From contig OZ024743.1 in assembly GCA_964016885.1 (NCBI GenBank), positions 216,876,001-216,940,000 of the forward strand: a stretch of 64,000 nt of DNA. The letters run 5' to 3'. Origin of the DNA: Eledone cirrhosa (lineage: Eukaryota). Position numbers and translations under genes: made by a program. This document shows positions 11,576 through 28,454 of this stretch, one piece after another. The notes beneath the pieces were generated by a model. That model saw nothing but the letters and a program-made list of their open reading frames with translations. It was not told the origin of the DNA and made no database searches. Positions within the stretch are counted from its first letter, which is position 1; each line of letters opens with the position of its first letter.

Positions 11576-13294
11576 CACTATGTAACAAAAAAAAAATGTT
11601 CTCTGTTCCTGGCTTGTAATCACTTTTTTGTGTTGCTTAGGTCCCAAATAAATAATAAAAAAGTGCTATTAAACAATTTAAAAGTTAGGGTTTGTAAAAA
11701 TTCTAAGCTATTCACTAGAATTATTTGTATGCTGGATTTTACGTTTAAAGTAAGTTTAATTTGCTTATGTTAAATGATTTTTCTTATATATGTTTCAGAG
11801 TAATACCTGAAGAAAATTATAAAAGTGCAATAAAGTATACAACTGTTAAAAAGTGGATTAAAGAGATTTATTGATGTTGGATTTTCGCACCCTGAATAAA
11901 GGGTAAGTTGTGTTTTAAGCATTCGTCTCCAGGATGAAGCAGTGGAACTTGGTCAAGGAGGAAGTGCAGGTGACAAGTCAGAGAAGTCGACACGAAACTT
12001 TCTCAGACTTTTTCACTCTTAGGGATGGCCACTGCTTCTGCCATGACGTGCCTGGACTGTCTGACGTTATTGGGGTGCCGTTTGTGTCCAAGGAGTGACG
12101 GAAATGTATAGACAGCTCCACCACAGGTTTGAAGGCTGTCCTCCTCCACAATCGAAACAAGTTCCTGACACTGCCCTTAGCTTATTCAGTCTGCCTGAAG
12201 AAAGATTACTACAGTGTGAAAATCCTCTTGGAAGCTCTGCAATACAACCAGTGCAATTGGGAAATCATTGGAGACTTCAAGATGGTGGCTTTCCTGCTTG
12301 GACTCCATGGAGGCTTTAACAAATTCCAATGCTTCCTCTGCCTTTGGAACAGCAGAGCCACCTCTGACCACTACAAAAGAAAGAACTGGGAGCAGAGAAC
12401 AGAATTTGTAGTTGGGACCTCGAACGTCATTTGGGAGCCGCTGGTTGATCCCAAGATTGTGCTCATGCGGCCACTGCACATTAAGTTGGGGTTGATGAAG
12501 CAGTTTGTGAAGGCTCTCAACAAAGAAGAAGCCGCTTTTAAGTACCTTCTTGAGTTCGTCTCCAAGTTATCTGAGGCCAAAATCAAAGGTGGAATTTTTG
12601 TTGGACCTCAGTTAAAGAAGGTGTTTGAGTCTACCGAGTTCTCCAATAAGCTCAATAGGATTGAGAGAACAGCATGGAAATGTTTCAAAGCAGTTGTTAA
12701 GGGCTTCCTTGGTAACTACAGAGCTGAAAACTACCAGCAACTGGTGCAGGATCTGATAAAGGCTTTTGGTGCCATGGGATGCAGGATTTCGATTAAACTT
12801 CATATGCTGGACGCTCACCTGGAAAAATTCAAGGCCATATGAGCGCCTACTCAGAAGATCAAGGCGAACGATTCCACGAAGATTTGAAAGAGATAGAGCG
12901 GAGGTACCAGGGCCACTACAATGAAAACAAGATGGGGGACTATATCTGGGGGCTAGTGCGGGAATGCGACCTGGACTACAGCCGCTAATCCAGGAAATCC
13001 AGCCATTTCTGACGTGTATAAGTTGCTTTATAAGTGTTATTTGTTTTTACTTGTTTGCTTTTGATAAGCTTATGTAATAAAATAAATATATACTATGTTG
13101 ATATAATTATATGAACTGATAAATTAAAAAAATATGTGTTTTTTCTTGAAAAATATGAACATTTCAAAATATCAAACTCCTGACAACAAACCCAAACATC
13201 TGATTAAATTATAGTGTTCTTTTTATAATAATGGGATATAACAAACCATGAAATGACACTTAGAACTGGGGAACAAAAAATATGTTACACGGTG
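11576..13294 (+). mobile_element. Chapaev3-type (CMC) DNA transposon, internally deleted
   Basis: Termini CACTATGTAACA...TGTTACACGGTG with a TAA TSD (11573-75, 13295-97). CAC ends and TWA TSDs are typical of Chapaev3. A transposase remnant lies inside. Confidence 0.8.
11990..13012 (+). pseudogene. Chapaev3-like DDE transposase remnant
   Basis: IDSS..LKAVLLHN..GDFKMVAFLLG..CFLCLW..PLHIKLGLMKQFVKAL..GIFVGPQ, then after a frameshift near 12840 SEDQGERFHED..ERRYQG..MGDYIW. In-frame stop near 12096, N-terminus missing. Confidence 0.85.
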
Positions 13295-14024
13295 TAATGT
13301 GAGCAATGTAAGTTTTATGTATTTCTCAAAAGTGAGATTAACACAGTTGCAAATTGGAATTGAAACCCGAGCACAATCTTGGCTTGTGACATTTAGTAGT
13401 AATCTGCTCCCCCAGTAGTGTATGTAAAGTATACTAAAATAGTATTACTAATTTACAGTGTAGTGCCCACTATCATATTGACTGTGTTAGATAGTATATA
13501 ACTGTACAGTTTGTTTTAAAATTGAATTCTCATACATACATGTGTCTGTAACACAGTACTAACATGCGCAGACATGTATATATGCACGTATCTACATAGT
13601 TGTGTGTATGTACGTAGTTGTGTGTATGTATAGAAGTGAAGCAATTATATAACATCGTAAACCAGTATGTATGTTTGTAATCTGAGTATTATCATTTCTC
13701 GCTTTTTCATGGGGGTTTAGCATTAAAAGCATACATCAGAAAAGTTAAGGAATTTCAATAAACATATCTGAACTTTAAATCTGTGCCTCAGTAAAAGAAT
13801 ACTTTGCCAAAATTTTGTGTCTACTCCAAAATTAGGTTAAGTCAAACGTCGCAACGAGAGCCAATATAATTCTATATTTCGCTAAATTCTCCCAAAACTG
13901 AATACTAAAAGAAATTATGCGACATATGTTCTGTCCATAAATCCTGCATTGAATTTCTAATCTATTTTGGAAAATGACATGACATTTGTACATATGTACA
14001 AACACACACAGACATGTGTGTATG

Positions 14025-14391
<367 letters not shown>

Positions 14392-15145
14392 GTGACATTA
14401 AACAATACAACACTCCTATAATATCAATAAATCCCACACACAATGCCCACCACCACAAATAGACATAATCGATCACCCTCACAGTGAACCATCTAAATAA
14501 AGTACTTCCTCAAATTGTCACCACACCACTTCCGTTCTTCGTGTGCCACATCTAATTATTTCCTGGAATAGCACACCATTCTTTTTTGTATAATTCGGTG
14601 TCAGCTCTGGATTCTACAACACGAATACACACAGTCGAACAAGCTTATGCACACACATACACATAGAGACAATAATAGCCGAATAAACACACATACGTTT
14701 ACACAGAATCACACAAAATTACATTAAAAAATCCAGACACACACATAAAAACACCCATGCAAACACATTGAAACGTGCACTCATACGCACACACAAAATA
14801 AACATTCAGAAATTTAGAGAAACACACGCACTAAATATCTACATAAAAAATTCACCAACACACACGTAGATGCACTAGGACGCACATTTATATCAAGGAA
14901 ACACAGAACAAACTCACACACACACAAGAAATGCATACACGTAACGGCAGCCATGACACACCTGGCCGTTCCACCTCGGCTTCGGCACCCGCACGCCGGG
15001 TTGCTCACCTACTCTCTTCACCTATTTTAAGGTTTTCCAACCACGGTTCTTCCAACATTCTCTCTCTCAAATAATTTGATATTTAGTGAAAAAAGAATTA
15101 TGTCCGATAATTGGAAAGGTTGGAAGCGATGCGTGTATGTGAATA

Positions 15146-15583
15146 TTCGTAAAATTTGAGTATCTCGGCGCGTAATATAGCCGTTACTAGCTTTATACTG
15201 ATAACATACTAAAAGTTTTGGAGTTAAGATACAACCACAAATCGAATGGAGTGTATGAGAGAGCAAGTGGAGAGATGAGAAAAGAAAGAGTTATAGAGAG
15301 AGAAGGGGAGGAGAAAAATGTCTACTAGAACGATGGAGAGTTGGGTAGAAAGATGTGAGTGAAAGATTAACAATAATGAGGTACTTGGCGTTATTTGGAT
15401 CGTCAGTCCTTTATCAATAATCTTCAATAAACACCCTCTTTTCTCATCTTTTTCTTCTCCTCTCTCTCACCTTCTCCGTTCGATTTGTGGTTATATCTTA
15501 ATCCGAAAAACTTTACTATGCCCAATACTATACAGCTGGTAACGGCTACCTTCCGCGCTGAGAATACTCAAATTTTACGAATA

Positions 15584-15585
<2 letters not shown>
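15146..15585. repeat. Diverged inverted repeat (~145-bp arms, ~145-bp spacer) abutting (TA)n
   Basis: TATTCGTAAAATTTGAGTAT..AACCACAAATCGAA..GATGAGAAAAGA versus TCTTTTCTCATC..TTCGATTTGTGGTT..ATACTCAAATTTTACGAATA. Confidence 0.7.
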
Positions 15586-15624
<39 letters not shown>

Positions 15625-15899
15625 TCAGCGAGAATCGTATTTCGGCCGGTAGAAAAATATATATGCGCTAAATATAATTATATATGCGCTAAAGAAAGCC
15701 GAACTTAGTTATTTTGAATTCCAAGTGGGTCGGGTGGATTATACCACAGAACGGAGTGGGATCTAGCACTCTTATGTAAATTTTTAGCTGTATTCGAATT
15801 ATATCCATTCGAAATCTGATTTGTCTTGACTCTATTGTTTTAGGGTTCGAGTAACCCATTATTTCGATTGCCATGCACTGTATGTGTGTGCTAATGTTA

Positions 15900-16990
15900 A
15901 TATCTATGGTTTGTTTGTTTCTATACGGGGATGCGTAATTATTTTTATTTATATTCGTTCACTCAATTTTATCGAGGTAACCCGCTCTAGTTAATGTATT
16001 ATTATAGTGTCTAGCCTTACTATACAATATTCCTTATTAGCTGAGAGTCTAGAGATTATCAGGTCTACAGTTTGGACTATGGCCTTCTTAACGATTCTCG
16101 GGTGATTTGAGTAGTAGCTAACATAATTGAGGTTTACATTTAATTTATGGTATGGGTATAATTATTATTTTCTTTTTCCTATTTAGGGCACTATTTGTAT
16201 GGTTAATTAACGTGAAAGAGCGTCGTCGCGTTACAAACCGCCGCCCAATTCACTTCTGTTGATTAGGTTTAGGATGAAGACTCCCATGAGGTCAGTGACC
16301 TGAGCTGAGTTTGTGGATCCCATGGTGATATCAAAGTTTTCAAATCTGTACCCTCTGGTCCACAATTCTCCGTTAAAATATTATCGTTTTCCTGGCCATA
16401 AGAATAATATTACCATCCGCACTCGTAAGAATCCGTATATTCCATTGCGTATATTAGGGTCCTATTGAATAGTGTTGGGAAATTAATGAGTAATAGTTAG
16501 TTATGTCCATTTGTATGAATTTAGTCCTCTTTTAGTTTTCAAGTTCAGTGAAACAATCAATAACCTCATTGGATCCATTCCATAGTCTAAACTGGTTTCT
16601 CAGCTTTAATGTCAGCTTTAATGGTGGTACGATCCTGTCCAGGATGCTCTTACTTATAAGTCCTAGGTTGAATTTAGATGGTGCTATACGTCTAACTGGT
16701 ACTTCAGATTCAAACTTATCTTTATAGTTTTTCATATTTATCCTCGGTGTTCTAGGTATGAATGGTTCAGTCCGATGTTCGATCCATAGTTTAGTGACAA
16801 TTTCATTAGCTTCTTTATTTATAGATTCAAGGTTTTCATGTTTATTTATATGTTAATCAATTTCTAGATATTTTAAAATGCTCGGACCTACTCGTTAGAA
16901 TATTAGAGATTATTTTTCGGGTGATATGGCGCATGTCTTACTGGCATGACACCCATAATTTTGATTTAGATTAAATTCATTTGATTTATC
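15900..16990 (-). pseudogene. Degenerate PLE reverse transcriptase fragment
   Basis: ORF 16532-16735 (RRIAPSKFNLGLISKSILDRI) is homologous to 25179-25931. FDITMGSTNSAQVTDLMG near 16290-16340 and GGGL*RDDAL near 16220-16250. Confidence 0.8.
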
Positions 16991-17100
16991 TTAATTTTGG
17001 ATATAGATATATAAATACGGCTCCTTAATTGTAGAGCTAACTCTGTTGAAAGGACTCGACTGCTGTTTCTAGTTGTCGATAACCCTGTTCACACCACTAG

Positions 17101-17532
17101 GACGAAGCTAGTATGATGTGTGTATTTCTAATAGATATACCACGTGTTGCTGGCCAGTCGCTTATTTGAACTTGAAGTGTAAACACGGATCGCTGGAACT
17201 ACTTCCTTGTTGAAAATCCAAGTCTCCAATTCCGTGGTTTACCATCCGATTAATTGGTGAAATATATTTCTTTAATGGAATATATAGGGACGAAGCTAGT
17301 ATGATGTGTGTATTTCTAACAGTTATAACACGTTTTGCTGGCCAGTCGCTGATTTGAACTTGAAGTGTAAACACGGATCGCTGGAACTTCTTCCCTGTAG
17401 AAAATCCAAGTCTCCACTTCCGTGGTTTACCATCCGATTAATTGGTGAAATATATTTCTTTAATGGAATATATACAGGGAAGAGTAATCATATTATAAGG
17501 TGTCTATTTTTGAAGTTCTGGTCAACTTTATT
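17101..17532. repeat. 188-bp tandem duplication whose right part recurs inverted at 19632-19838
   Basis: GACGAAGCTAGTATGATGTG at 17101 and 17289. 17330-17532 is the reverse complement of 19632-19838. Confidence 0.85.
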
Positions 17533-17624
17533 TAGTTACCTACCTAGCTATGTGTGGTTACACACTTGTAAAAATTATCTCCTGTGGTTATTCATGTTTA
17601 TTTATGTTAATCAATTTATAATTA

Positions 17625-20825
<3,201 letters not shown>

Positions 20826-21366
20826 ATTTCGTTTCTGAATTTGTTTAGCAAGATGCTTTATCTGAAAACGTGTGTTGAAACCGATATTGTTATACTTTGG
20901 GAGGGTCATGTTGCCAATAAAAACCACACGCACCAGTTGCTTTCACTTCAATTTATAATAATACATTTATAATTTTAGGAATTTATAAATTTCCGGTTGG
21001 TTGGTTGGTTCCACAACCAGATGGTTGTTTATATATTGTCAAAGTTCTTTCGTCACACATTCTGTAACCTCTTCCGTGACTGGGGATTATTTTCTTTGCT
21101 TTTGTGACTCTCCTTTGTTCTGTACTACGCAATTTGTTTCAGGAGAGGCACAAAAGCAAAGAAAAGAATCTCCAGTCACTGAAGAGGTCACAGAATGTGT
21201 GACGAAAGAACTTTGACAATATATAAACAACCATCTGGTTGTGGAACCAACCAACTGGAAATTTATAAATTCCAAAATTTATAAATTCATTATAATAAAT
21301 TGAGTTAAAGCAACAGGTGCGTGTGTTTCTTATTGGCAACATGACCCTCCCAAAGTATAACAATAT
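20826..21366 (-). mobile_element. Fold-back mini-element: ~230-bp arms (20884-21114 / 21141-21366), 26-bp spacer, left tail, HHR in each arm
   Basis: Arms are reverse complements and the element is flanked by (TA)n. Its terminal ~25-mer is shared with the PLE end at 9291-9316. Confidence 0.85.
21175..21217 (+). ncRNA. Minimal type I hammerhead ribozyme (mutated mirror copy at 21038-21080 minus)
   Basis: GTCA-CTGAAGA-G-GTCAC-AGAATGT-GTGAC-GAAA-G-AA-CTT-TGAC. Confidence 0.72.
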
Positions 21367-21393
21367 ATATATATATATTCATATATATATATA

Positions 21394-21516
<123 letters not shown>

Positions 21517-21539
21517 ATACATATATATTTATATATATT

Positions 21540-21576
<37 letters not shown>

Positions 21577-21609
21577 ATATTTATATATATTTATATATAT
21601 ATTTATATA

Positions 21610-22256
21610 TATGAGAGACGTAAAATAAGAAAATTATAAAATTAACTTACTTACTAAAATTTCACTCCCAACTAATTAGTTTCTGAAATGGAATAAATAT
21701 ACTTTCCGAAGAAAATATTGAGAATAATTTCGTCGTCAGGGAAGACTATTCTCAGCTAAGTATCCAGGCAAAGCGTGGACTCTGGAAACTTATTCAAAAA
21801 TAATTCAGTGGATAGAAAATAGCAAAGCGTGTTCTGAATTCCTAGCCATTGAGAAAATCACTGCCTCTGCGTCGGTGGCAAATTCAAAAAGAATCAATCA
21901 CGTGACATCGAGGTCAATCAGTGGAAAGTGGTTTGTTAATAAGACAGCAGCCTGCCTGCTATCATAGCAGCAGTCTTGGACAATATTGCTCGACAAATAA
22001 TTTGGAGATAATTATAAAGAATTAATATCTAGTAACATATATATACATACAGATGCATATCAATGCTAGCAAATATATAGGTTTTGTCTTAGTAACTTTG
22101 TGGTTCAATGCATGGGGTTGCAGAACAATAATATGAGAGACGTAAAATAAGAAAATTACAAAATTAACTTACTTACTAAAATTTCACTCCCAACTAATTA
22201 GTTTCTGAAATGGAATACATATACTTTCCGAAGAAAATATAGAGAATCATTTCGTC
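21610..22256. repeat. ~520-bp-period unit with ~125-bp terminal direct repeats, embedded in (TA)n
   Basis: ATGAGAGACGTAAAATAAG..CTAATTAGTTTCTGAAA..TTTCGTC at 21611 and 22133. An inverted diverged copy lies at ~9130-9248. Confidence 0.75.
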
Positions 22257-22261
22257 ATATT

Positions 22262-22313
<52 letters not shown>

Positions 22314-22343
22314 TATTTATATATATAATTGTATATATATATA

Positions 22344-22394
<51 letters not shown>

Positions 22395-22517
22395 TTATAT
22401 ATATATATATTTATTTATATATATATTTATATATATATATATATTTATATATATATTTATATATATATATTTATTTATATATATAATTGTATATATATAT
22501 ATTTTTATATATATATT

Positions 22518-22554
<37 letters not shown>

Positions 22555-22687
22555 TTATATATATAAATATTTATTTATATATATATTTATATATATATAT
22601 ATATTTATATATATATTTATATATTTATATATATATCTATATATATATATATATATATATATATTCATATATATATATATTCAAATA

Positions 22688-23428
22688 AATTAATATATGA
22701 TAAACATTTACATGCTTTAGTTGCAATTGACTAATATAATAGTTAGAATGAAATATCTTAATTCAAATACATATAGTTTGCCTGTACGATCTAAAAAATA
22801 ATAAATCAATACTCACAAATCCATAATGGCAAAAGGCCTTTGTACCTAGACACGTTTAATTTTCAAAATAAAAACTTTTTTCCGCAGATCGGTCAGAACT
22901 TCAAACTTTAAACATGTTTCACAAAGGATGGTATAATAGTGAAATAATGAATTAATTAGTAGTGAGTTAATCAATTTTCTGTGTTTATCAATAGGTACCC
23001 AGATAAATTAAGTAACTTCACCTCAGAAAAATATCTAAGGTCTGGTTAACGTAGCGAAAATACACGAGGTTTTGCACACGACTTATTCCAGTCCTCTAAC
23101 CTCCCACATATAGTGCTAGAAATAACATTTATATGGGATTACAAATTCAGCTCGACTGAGGGAGCAGTAATATAATATAACTTAGAGTTTACACTCAATG
23201 GGGTCATTTACAATTATTTCAGCTCTAAGAATCGCTTCTGAGCAGTATGAATTAATATATGATAAACATTTACATGTTTTAGTTGCAATTGAGTAATAAA
23301 ATAGTTAGAATGAAATATCTTAATTTAAATACATATAGTTTGCCTGTACGATCTAAAAAATAATAAATCAATACTCACAAACCCATATGGGCAAAAGGCC
23401 TGGTAAACTCTAAGTTATATTATATTCA
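22688..23428. repeat. ~560-bp-period unit with ~150-bp direct repeats and a short inverted end piece, embedded in (TA)n
   Basis: ATTAATATATGATAAACATTTACATG..GGCAAAAGGCC at 22689 and 23251. 23403-23425 is an inversion of ~23170-23192. Confidence 0.75.
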
Positions 23429-23429
23429 T

Positions 23430-24539
<1,110 letters not shown>

Positions 24540-25162
24540 AGAATGAATAATAACAGGTAGACATCATAAAAAGGTAGTTTATTCCGTGTGCTTACAAGTG
24601 TTTCCACGGTGGTGCTGCAGCCTAGTTCCGCTACGTGCAAATTCACAAGTATTTGCCGAACTCGAATATCCAATGCTGTGACCACTGTTTCCTCAGAGCA
24701 GAATGGTAAATATACAATGTAAAAACCCTTAAGTGGGGTTGTTGGGGAAGATAGAGTGGAACAGGAAGAGAGAAAAGTAGGGAAGAAGGAGAGAGAAGGA
24801 AAGATATGCAGGGGTTGGAGAAGTAGGAGAGAGTGGCTTGTAGATATCTTAATCAAAATGTTATGGTAGGGGTTTTATTAGTTACTTTTGGAGAGATGCG
24901 TAGATAGTTGAGGTCGGAATTATTTATTGCCCCAGAGGGCAGGTTCATAAATGTTGAGAGGGAGGTAGGTCAAAGGTGAGAGAGCGAGAGTGTAATGGAT
25001 GTAGAGAGAGATATATAGGTAGAGAGGGGACAGATAAATATGTGTGGTGAGTGAACTTTTGGTTTTGTAGTAGTATTCTAGGAGTTGTACTGAGTTACCA
25101 TGTATAGTGATAAGCAGTGTATTGTCTTGTAGTGTGGGGGGAAGAGTGGTGTTGTAGTTACG

Positions 25163-27199
25163 AGCACTACTCCGAAGATTGCAAAACACCAATGGAATTG
25201 TTGTGAAAGCTGACAAGACTTCTAACGTGTATACCATGGATATCGATACGTATAATAACTTAATACGCAACGAACTACACAAAAAATATAGAAAAACAAA
25301 TGAAACTACGCTAGCAAATATTAACAACGAGGCATATAAAGTGGTAAAGAATCTCAAGATAGACGATAGAACCGAGCCGATTATACCCGCTACCCCCACC
25401 ATCAACCTGAAGGACCATAAGGTAAATTTTGACTCTAACCCTAAGATTAGGCTTATATGCCCTTCTAAATCAGACATAGGGAAAATTAGTAAACATATAC
25501 TTGACAGAGTAATAACCCAAGTGAAAAAGAAAATTGAAATTAAATTATGGGGCAACACTAGCGAAGCAATTCGCTGGTTTAATAATGTTAAGAATAAGAA
25601 TAAATCTAAGTTTATACAATTTGACATAGACGAATACTACTCTTCCATCTCACCAAGCACTTTACGTAAGGCCCTATCGTTTGCTAAGGCTAATTCCGAC
25701 CTAACGGAGGACAAAATTAATATTATTCTCGAGGCTAGAAAAACCATTATTAAGTTCGATAACTGCTACTGGGAACGTAAGGACAGACCCACAAATTTCG
25801 ATATTACCATGGGTTCCAACGACTCGGTGGAGGTCACGGATCTCGTGGGAATTTACATAGCCCACATATTACATAGTAGATTTAGTAATCTACAGGGGGG
25901 GGGATATACAGAGATGACGGGCTCTTTTTAGTTAATAACTTGAATAACCAAAATCTTGAAAGGCTACGGAAAAATATTAGAAAATCTTTTAGTGAACTGG
26001 GTCTAAAAATAACATACGAATACAATCTTAAGGTAGTAAACTTTCTGGACGTAACTCTTAATTTAAATACCGGACAGATACGACCCTTCCACAAGGTAAA
26101 TGAGAACCTTACGTATATTGACTTTAACTCTAACCACCCACTCTCCATGATCAAATCAGTTCCCCGGAGTATTTCTCTTAGAATCTCTCGCCTATCGTCT
26201 AACTCTGATATTTTTAGCGAACATGCTGAATACTACAATAATGCATTAAGGAATGCTGACCACCGGGATACAATAGAATACATCGATAGTAATTTCCACA
26301 ACACACATAGCTCTACACGTAATCAAGGTATACGTAACCGGGGGACTAAAACACAAGCACACACACACTGTACTACCAGACATACTAATAATAGAAGATC
26401 ACCACCAAATAAATCACGTTGTAGAAAGTATATCTGGTATAATCCTATTTTTAATGCCTCGATTAGTACAAAACTATCTCTTTCATTCTTTAAATTAATC
26501 AATAAACACTTCCCTAGTTCCCATAAGTACAGCAAAATTCTGAACTCCAAAACTATTAGACTATCATACTCCACGGCACCAAACCTTGAAGCATACATAA
26601 AAAAACTTAACTTAAGGCAATTGAACAACTCTACTAAACAAAACATTTTAGTAACAGATGGGCAGAACGCAATATCTGCCTCCCAACCACTAAATGGGAG
26701 ACGGGTATTGCACAACCCACCTGTACCGCTATCACAACCTATCCATGGTATACCCGCTACCTACAACAAAGCATGTAACTGCCATCTACCTGAAAGATGT
26801 CCATTGCAGAATGAATGCCTAAAGTCCAACATTGTTTACCAATGCACGGTTGAATCAGACGACCAGAAATGGTATTATATCGGATCTACCTACACATCGT
26901 TTAAATCTCGCTGGTACCGTCATCGATTCTCAATCAAACATCAGAATCACCGTTTTGTGACCACGCTCGCCAACAAGACCTGGCAACTCCGTGAACACAA
27001 CCAACAGTTCACCTTAAAATGGGATATACTTTCCAGCGCAAATGCATATCGGAGTGGTTTGAAGTACTGCAGGTTATGTAACCTTGAGCTATTTTACATA
27101 CTAAAATCCAAAAACAAACTACTTAACGATAGAATTGAACGATCATTATACTGCAACCACAAACTAAAAGCTAAATTCTCTCACTATAAAATAACTTAA
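25163..27199 (+). CDS. PLE polyprotein (RT + C-terminal GIY-YIG), 5'-truncated, one frameshift in a G9 run
   Basis: VKADKTSN..FIQFDIDEYYSSI..FDITMGSNDSVEVTDLVG, shift at 25895-25903 to IYRDDGL..VNFLDVTLNL..WYNP..CNC..CPL..IVYQC..YYIGST..FKSRWYRH..CRLCNLE..CNH. Confidence 0.92.
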
Positions 27200-27690
27200 C
27201 ATTCGAACCCGTAACTACAACACCACTTTCTAGCTAACAACCCTCTCTTCCCCCCACACTACAAGACAATACACTGCTTATCACTATACATGGTAACTCA
27301 GTACAACTCCTAGAATACTACTACAAAACCAAAAGTTCACTCACCACACATATTTATCTGTCCCCTCTCTACCTATATATCTCTCTCTACATCCATTACA
27401 CTCTCGCTCTCTCACCTTTGACCTACCTCCCTCTCAACATTTATGAACCTGCCCTCTGGGGCAATAAATAATTCCGACCTCAACTATCTACGCATCTCTC
27501 CAAAAGTAACTAATAAAACCCCTACCATAACATTTTGATTAAGATATCTACAAGCCACTCTCTCCTACTTCTCCAACCCCTGCATATCTTTCCTTCTCTC
27601 TCCTTCTTCCCTACTTTTCTCTCTTCCTGTTCCACTCTATCTTCCCCAACAACCCCACTTAAGGGTTTTTACATTGTATATTTACCATTC

Positions 27691-27801
27691 TGCTCTGAGG
27701 AAACAGTGGTCACACATTGGATATTCGAGTTCGGCAAATACTTGTGAATTTGCACGTAGCGGAACTAGGCTGCAGCACCACCGTGGAAACACTTGTAAGC
27801 A
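27691..27801 (+). ncRNA. Type I hammerhead with ~84-nt expanded domain II (mirror copy at 24589-24700 minus)
   Basis: TGCT-CTGAGGA-A-ACAGTGGT...ACCACCGT-G-GAAAC-ACTT-GTA-AGCA. Confidence 0.75.
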
Positions 27802-28093
27802 CACGGAATAAACTACCTTTTTATGATGTCTACCTGTTATTATTCATTCTTTATATACACTCCGGAATACTGAAGGATCAGGAACTTAGTTTCTTGAACA
27901 ATTCTTCCATAACTCGTAGAGTAATCTCTTACCGTACGTCAACCATATCCAGTGTAGTAATTAACCATCACTACATCTTGGATAATCCTATACCTAATAT
28001 ATATATATATATATATAAATATATTCATATATATAAATATATTCATATATATATTTATATCTATATATCTATATACATATATATATACATATA

Positions 28094-28189
<96 letters not shown>

Positions 28190-28192
<3 letters not shown>

Positions 28193-28417
28193 GGTAAACA
28201 GAAGTAACAACGCAATCGTTAGGTTAACGTTTGATATAGCAGGAATAGGGCATTAACGTTTGGGATGCTAGTCCTTCATCAGAAGAAAGAAGGAGAAATA
28301 AGATAGATTGAGGGGACGGGCGAATTGGAATTGGAAAAAATGTGTTTAGATTAAATTAACAGGTCCATTCATGTTGACATCTCTTGCAAAACTGATGGTT
28401 CTGGAATTTCGTGTATG

Positions 28418-28420
<3 letters not shown>
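28190..28420 (-). repeat. Possible decayed pseudo-LTR fragment with HHR-like remnant
   Basis: Minus 28255-28282: CTGATGA-AGGAC-TAGC-ATCC-CAAACGTT. Lies between microsatellites. G12 is absent and stem I is unconvincing. Confidence 0.35.

Positions 28421-28454
<34 letters not shown>

Larger units (their letters stand above)
24534..27997 (+). mobile_element. Young PLE: inverted 5' pseudo-LTR (24534-25162), 5'-truncated ORF, 3' pseudo-LTR (27210-27856), tail, inside (TA)n
   Basis: 24534-25162 is the near-exact reverse complement of 27210-27856. RT and GIY-YIG lie between. This is the canonical PLE inverted-pLTR layout. Confidence 0.93.

Noticed and set aside
21720-21745. Minus-strand CTGACGA-C-GAAA as a hammerhead
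   Set aside because: No stem II and no stem I pairing.
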